Positions 60,119-64,000 of a stretch of 64,000 nucleotides of DNA are shown here, piece after piece. The DNA lies in the IMG/VR virus record IMGVR_UViG_3300042471_001823; one strand, written 5' to 3'. The position numbers and the translations under genes are program-made. The DNA is from an uncultured virus (IMG/VR IMGVR_UViG_3300042471_001823) (taxonomy: Duplodnaviria > Heunggongvirae > Uroviricota > Caudoviricetes). Below the pieces are notes generated by a model that saw nothing but the letters and a program-made list of their open reading frames with translations, did no database searches and was not told the origin of the DNA. Each line of letters opens with the position of its first letter. Position 1 is the stretch's first letter.

Positions 60119-60534
60119 GTTACTATACTCCTAATTTAAATTTTGTTGTTAAAAGAAATGTTAGCACAGCTTTCGGGCGACTGCCAACATTTTTTTTGTT
60201 TTTATGGGTGGTAGGATCAGCCAAGTGTATGGGTTTGGTTCTAGTGTTAAGGGGCGCTTTATCGGTGATTTGAATGACATTGGCAATTAGGGCTATAAAA
60301 AGCATAGGGGCAACTCCCTTATATGGCAGCAAGTCAAAGATACCACACACCTATCTATAGTGCAAAGTCTTAACAGAATCGTTTCAATCCCCTAAAACCA
60401 TTGCCTAGCAAGCATTAGGCGAAAACGAATGACAAAATCAGAAAAGTGATATTTAAAAATAACTTTAAACGTATTGACAGTAATTTGATGAGATGTTAGG
60501 GTGGTTTTGAGGTTAATAAAGCAATAAAAAACTG

Positions 60535-60744
60535 ATGTCATTCACCGAATTTAAACAACAACTACAAGACTGTGGGTTAACCAAAACCGAAACCAACTCC
60601 CACGAATCTGAGTTAGGTTATTGGTATGGAGCGCCGGATCGGATTCTCTCTATTGGCTATTCGTTAGCTGAGAGTGTGTGGACGGTGAGTACGGTTGATG
60701 CCAAGGTTGAAGGTGAAACACTAAAAGAGTGTTTAATATCATAA
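60535..60744 (+). CDS. Hypothetical protein
   Basis: TTGACA promoter near 60474 and GAGGTTAA. Confidence 0.5.
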   Translation: MSFTEFKQQLQDCGLTKTETNSHESELGYWYGAPDRILSIGYSLAESVWTVSTVDAKVEGETLKECLIS

Positions 60745-60804
60745 AAACGCTATCAATTTAATTTTATTTAAAAGCCCCAATCAGTAATTGATTGGGGCTT
60801 TTGA

Positions 60805-61353
60805 TCACAAACTCAACTTTTTCCGTCTAGCCAAACATTCCTTTAAAGCTGGTATATCGAGCTTGCTGTGTTTCATAGGGTAAGACATGCCAAAATGCAC
60901 AGGGGATAGCAGTAAATTGCGTAGAGTGTAGAGAAACACCCCTTTATATCGATTTCTAAGCCCTGTGTTTAGCTCATAGGTACAAAAGCTAGGGTCAAAG
61001 TGTTTTACGATTGCTTCTACCAAAGTTTCTTGTCTCTTGCCTTTTTCGGTGACTCTAAACAGGTACTCTTTTTTTGAAGACAATCGCCATGACTGCAACC
61101 CAATTTCGTTCATATCAACTTCTTTGTTTACCACAATCAAACATGGCTCAGGGGGGACACGCTGTCTACGAATCATCAGCTTAACCAGCTTTAAATTGTG
61201 AGATGACTCGCAGTTAGGGACAATTAAGCCTAGATTAATTTCATTGATTTTAGTGGTGATTTCCATCAACTCTGTTGACGATGGTAGCCCCTTGAAAACC
61301 GAATTTAATTCAGGTGGCTGAAACAATTTGCTGTCACTAACTGGTCTAACCAT
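60805..61353 (-). CDS. Hypothetical protein
   Basis: GAGGTAAC SD; hairpin terminator at about 60770-60802. Confidence 0.55.
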   Translation of the reverse strand: MVRPVSDSKLFQPPELNSVFKGLPSSTELMEITTKINEINLGLIVPNCESSHNLKLVKLMIRRQRVPPEPCLIVVNKEVDMNEIGLQSWRLSSKKEYLFRVTEKGKRQETLVEAIVKHFDPSFCTYELNTGLRNRYKGVFLYTLRNLLLSPVHFGMSYPMKHSKLDIPALKECLARRKKLSL

Positions 61354-61548
61354 GCTGTTACCTCTAACAATTATCTACATCTTTTGATGGTTCTATTATT
61401 GCTTATAACTTGATTAAGAATGCCTGATTATTCCCCTCTTAAGAACGGATTCTTACAACCCGATCAAAAAACCGACTATCATCCGCTTAAAAGATTGACC
61501 ATTACCCGCTTAAAAAGCTGCCTAGTTACAGGCAGCTTTTCCATTATG

Positions 61549-61707
61549 TTACTTCCAGTCTTTAAGCATTGCAACCGCTTGCTGTTGCGCTAAATACAAG
61601 TGATGCAATTCGATTGCAATTTGCCTTAATTCCTGTGGATCGTCAACTTTGTTAACCATTTGAATAAAAGCAGCGTGAGTGAAATTTTTCTCAAAAGATA
61701 GGCTCAT
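61549..61707 (-). CDS. nblA: NblA-like phycobilisome degradation protein (52 aa), not in the ORF track
   Basis: Translated by hand: MSLSFEKNFTHAAFIQMVNKVDDPQELRQIAIELHHLYLAQQQAVAMLKDWK; AAGGAG SD; terminator at 61513-61540. Confidence 0.6.
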   Translation of the reverse strand: MSLSFEKNFTHAAFIQMVNKVDDPQELRQIAIELHHLYLAQQQAVAMLKDWK

Positions 61708-61768
61708 TCATTAGCTCCTTAGTTTGTAGATCTTTGGTTTTAACGGGCTTTTTGGGTCACGACAAAAG

Positions 61769-62869
61769 CTAACGGATCTGCACTGGCATTAACAAGCAAA
61801 TCCAATCACCATGATCAATTAAGCATGGACTAGTAGGCTCTTGAAACCCAAAGCACACATCTTCCAAGTGCTTAACCTCATTGATAATATCCTTGAGATA
61901 CCGGCAATTAAAAGCAACTTCAAGGCTGCCAATGTTTTGTTCAATCCCTAGGGTTTCATTCCCGTCGCAAACATCTTGGGAGAGCCGTTTAATTTGCAGC
62001 GAGCCGTCACCGAAATTAAACACAATGGGATTGCTTTTATCAACCACAGACAAGCGCTCAATGGACTCATAAAGCTTTTTAGGGTTGATCAAGAATGCTG
62101 AGGTGCTGTCTTTTTTGTGGCGAATCAATGACTCAAGATTAGGGTAAGTGCCATCAAGCAAAGGGGCAATCAAAGTGATGTTGTTTGCCAGAATCTTGAC
62201 GTATCTATCACCAATGTGCAACTCCATCTTGTCTGTAGCATACTTAATTGCCACCTTGACGCATTTACTGGGGATTACGCACTCATCAAACCCTTTGGTT
62301 TCTACCACCGTTGGCTGTATTCCTTTCTTGATAGCAAAGTGTCCGGTAGTCGCACCCAGATCGAAAATGTCATCATTCTTGTGATACTTCAACCTGATGC
62401 CACACAAAATGCGTTTGGTTTCATCGTCGGACACAGCTTGTAAAGCCTGTTTAAATGACTTCCCAAAATCACCAACAATGACATGATCGACCTCAAAGCT
62501 ATCAATAGACGGAAATTCACTAGTAGGCATCACATTAATTTTGTATTCGCCTGATGGGTGGGTTAAAACCACCATACTCTCATCATCATTCAAAGTCAGG
62601 GTGATGTCCCCATTGATTGATGACACAATATCTGCCAACAGTTTTGATGGAATCGTGGTTTCACCAGACCTGACGACATCAACATTTCCATTAATTTCGG
62701 CAATCACTGTTAGCCTGAGATCGGTTCCACAGATCGTGACATTGCCAGTTTCAGCGTTTGCTACGACTTTTACATGGGTAAGGATTGGGTGGCTAGACTT
62801 AGCTCCAATAGCTTCAACTGCGGGTTTTAAACCCTCGATAAAAACTTTACTGGATACGGTAAAACGCAT
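61769..62869 (-). CDS. dnaN: DNA polymerase III beta sliding clamp
   Basis: HPILTHV, GTDL, EFPSI, AVSDDETKRILCGI, ATTGH, LLDGTYP, FNCRYL, LLMPVQIR. Confidence 0.95.
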   Translation of the reverse strand: MRFTVSSKVFIEGLKPAVEAIGAKSSHPILTHVKVVANAETGNVTICGTDLRLTVIAEINGNVDVVRSGETTIPSKLLADIVSSINGDITLTLNDDESMVVLTHPSGEYKINVMPTSEFPSIDSFEVDHVIVGDFGKSFKQALQAVSDDETKRILCGIRLKYHKNDDIFDLGATTGHFAIKKGIQPTVVETKGFDECVIPSKCVKVAIKYATDKMELHIGDRYVKILANNITLIAPLLDGTYPNLESLIRHKKDSTSAFLINPKKLYESIERLSVVDKSNPIVFNFGDGSLQIKRLSQDVCDGNETLGIEQNIGSLEVAFNCRYLKDIINEVKHLEDVCFGFQEPTSPCLIDHGDWICLLMPVQIR

Positions 62870-63043
62870 TTATTAACCTCTTAGTGGTAATGACTTTAGG
62901 CAGTAATAATGACTTTAGGTGATGGCAACGACTTCAGGTAACAAGGTTGCCATCAACCATCACTTGACACAATTATTGTACAACATTTATTGATCTTGCA
63001 ACATTTTTGTGTAATAATAATTCTATCGATTTATTTATTGTAT

Positions 63044-63322
63044 ATGGAATATCGCCAAATTTCTGATCCGTCCGTCAAGGTGTCTATCGTTTCGACAGCA
63101 TCTGTCTATGGGGTGCAAATGCACACGCTGTCCAATGGCGACAAGTGGAGTGAAGCCGCTTTTAATAAAGAGTTTGTGTGTGTTGATGCCGATCTAGCGA
63201 TTGCTGTCAAAAAGAAAAAAGAAGAAATTCTTGAGTTCCATCAAGCCAATAAACCGGCAAATAATGCGACTGTTAAGCCAGTCAGCTTGATAAAACCGAT
63301 ATTGAAGGGGCGGACGCGATAA
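63044..63322 (+). CDS. Hypothetical protein
   Basis: Start at MEYRQI; convergent with the next gene. Confidence 0.45.
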   Translation: MEYRQISDPSVKVSIVSTASVYGVQMHTLSNGDKWSEAAFNKEFVCVDADLAIAVKKKKEEILEFHQANKPANNATVKPVSLIKPILKGRTR

Positions 63323-63330
63323 GGCAAGGC

Positions 63331-63906
63331 TTATTGCTTATTATTCAAATCCCCACGTCTTTCCACAATATTTTGAGCGCGATAGAGGTCACTAATCCTA
63401 GCGCTAAGGTCTTCAAGCTGTGAAACTTGTGCATCGTTGTATTTTTCAACAATCTGCTTAAGGCTTAGCAACTGAGTCTCAATACTTTGCACATGATTAT
63501 CGGTTGCCCCTGACTGTTGGAGACTGCGTTCCATAATGCTTAACGTTGAATTAATTAACTGCTGTAACAGTTCATGTTGCAATGCGTGGTTATCCTTGTT
63601 GGCACTAATCGCAGTCTTTAACAGTTCAGAAGTGATCGCCATTGATGCCTCAGACCGTTTTACTTCCTGCTCTATGGCTAATTGCATTCTTTTCTCTTGA
63701 CTAGCAATCCATGCTGTAGTCCCTTGCTTAAAGAAAAACCCGATAGCAGTTGCCGCTGCCATTGCACCCCATAACAAGTAATTAGTAAGATTGTCAGTGG
63801 GTGGCGGCGGCGGGTAATATTTTTCTGGTTGATGTGGAATTGCAGTCTGCGAAATTAATATGCGATCATCACTAATTGTGGCAATCAAAGGATCGAAGTT
63901 AGTCAT
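63331..63906 (-). CDS. Single-TM coiled-coil protein (possibly lysis-related)
   Basis: Poly-Pro, one hydrophobic helix, then a coiled coil. Confidence 0.55.
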   Translation of the reverse strand: MTNFDPLIATISDDRILISQTAIPHQPEKYYPPPPPTDNLTNYLLWGAMAAATAIGFFFKQGTTAWIASQEKRMQLAIEQEVKRSEASMAITSELLKTAISANKDNHALQHELLQQLINSTLSIMERSLQQSGATDNHVQSIETQLLSLKQIVEKYNDAQVSQLEDLSARISDLYRAQNIVERRGDLNNKQ

Positions 63907-64000
63907 AAAAAATACCTTTTTAAAATGTTGAAGTTAACACCATGAAACTACAATTATTTGATTATCAATTTACCGCCTGCGATGCCATTATAAGCCACAT

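Noticed and set aside
1..64000. tRNA, rRNA, reverse transcriptase/DGR or integrase genes
   Set aside because: None recognised by eye; tRNAscan-SE and HMM searches would be needed to exclude them.

Overview
This window is part of a large, AT-rich dsDNA tailed-phage genome that very probably infects a cyanobacterium. Evidence for the host: at least 11 HIP1 octamers (GCGATCGC), a cyanobacterial-type class II RNR with a mini-intein, a cyanobacterial-plasmid-type primase/helicase Rep, and a small NblA-like ORF. Virion genes (tape measure, scaffold, P22-like coat, portal) are scattered and not in one operon. They are mixed with replication/nucleotide genes (dnaN, DEDDh exonuclease, thymidylate synthase-like, HU), many Bro-N/KilA-N/AntA-type genes and small early ORFs. 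Two things stand out. (1) Four dispersed, large, very basic, modular proteins share an N-terminal leader ML(K/Q)I-x8-9-IPQMTI, and one ends in a GNAT domain. This is a candidate capsid-targeting/processing signal for a set of packaged, injected cargo proteins. (2) A non-coding palindromic element of up to 1.6 kb occurs three times. It is built from nine boxes with an invariant CCCTTATACAGATCTT, helically phased ATGCAATTAATTGCAT palindromes and a central hairpin. A degenerate copy of the box lies inside the 3' end of the Rep gene, suggesting a multi-origin system. All protein family calls come from motifs recognised by eye; no database searches were run.
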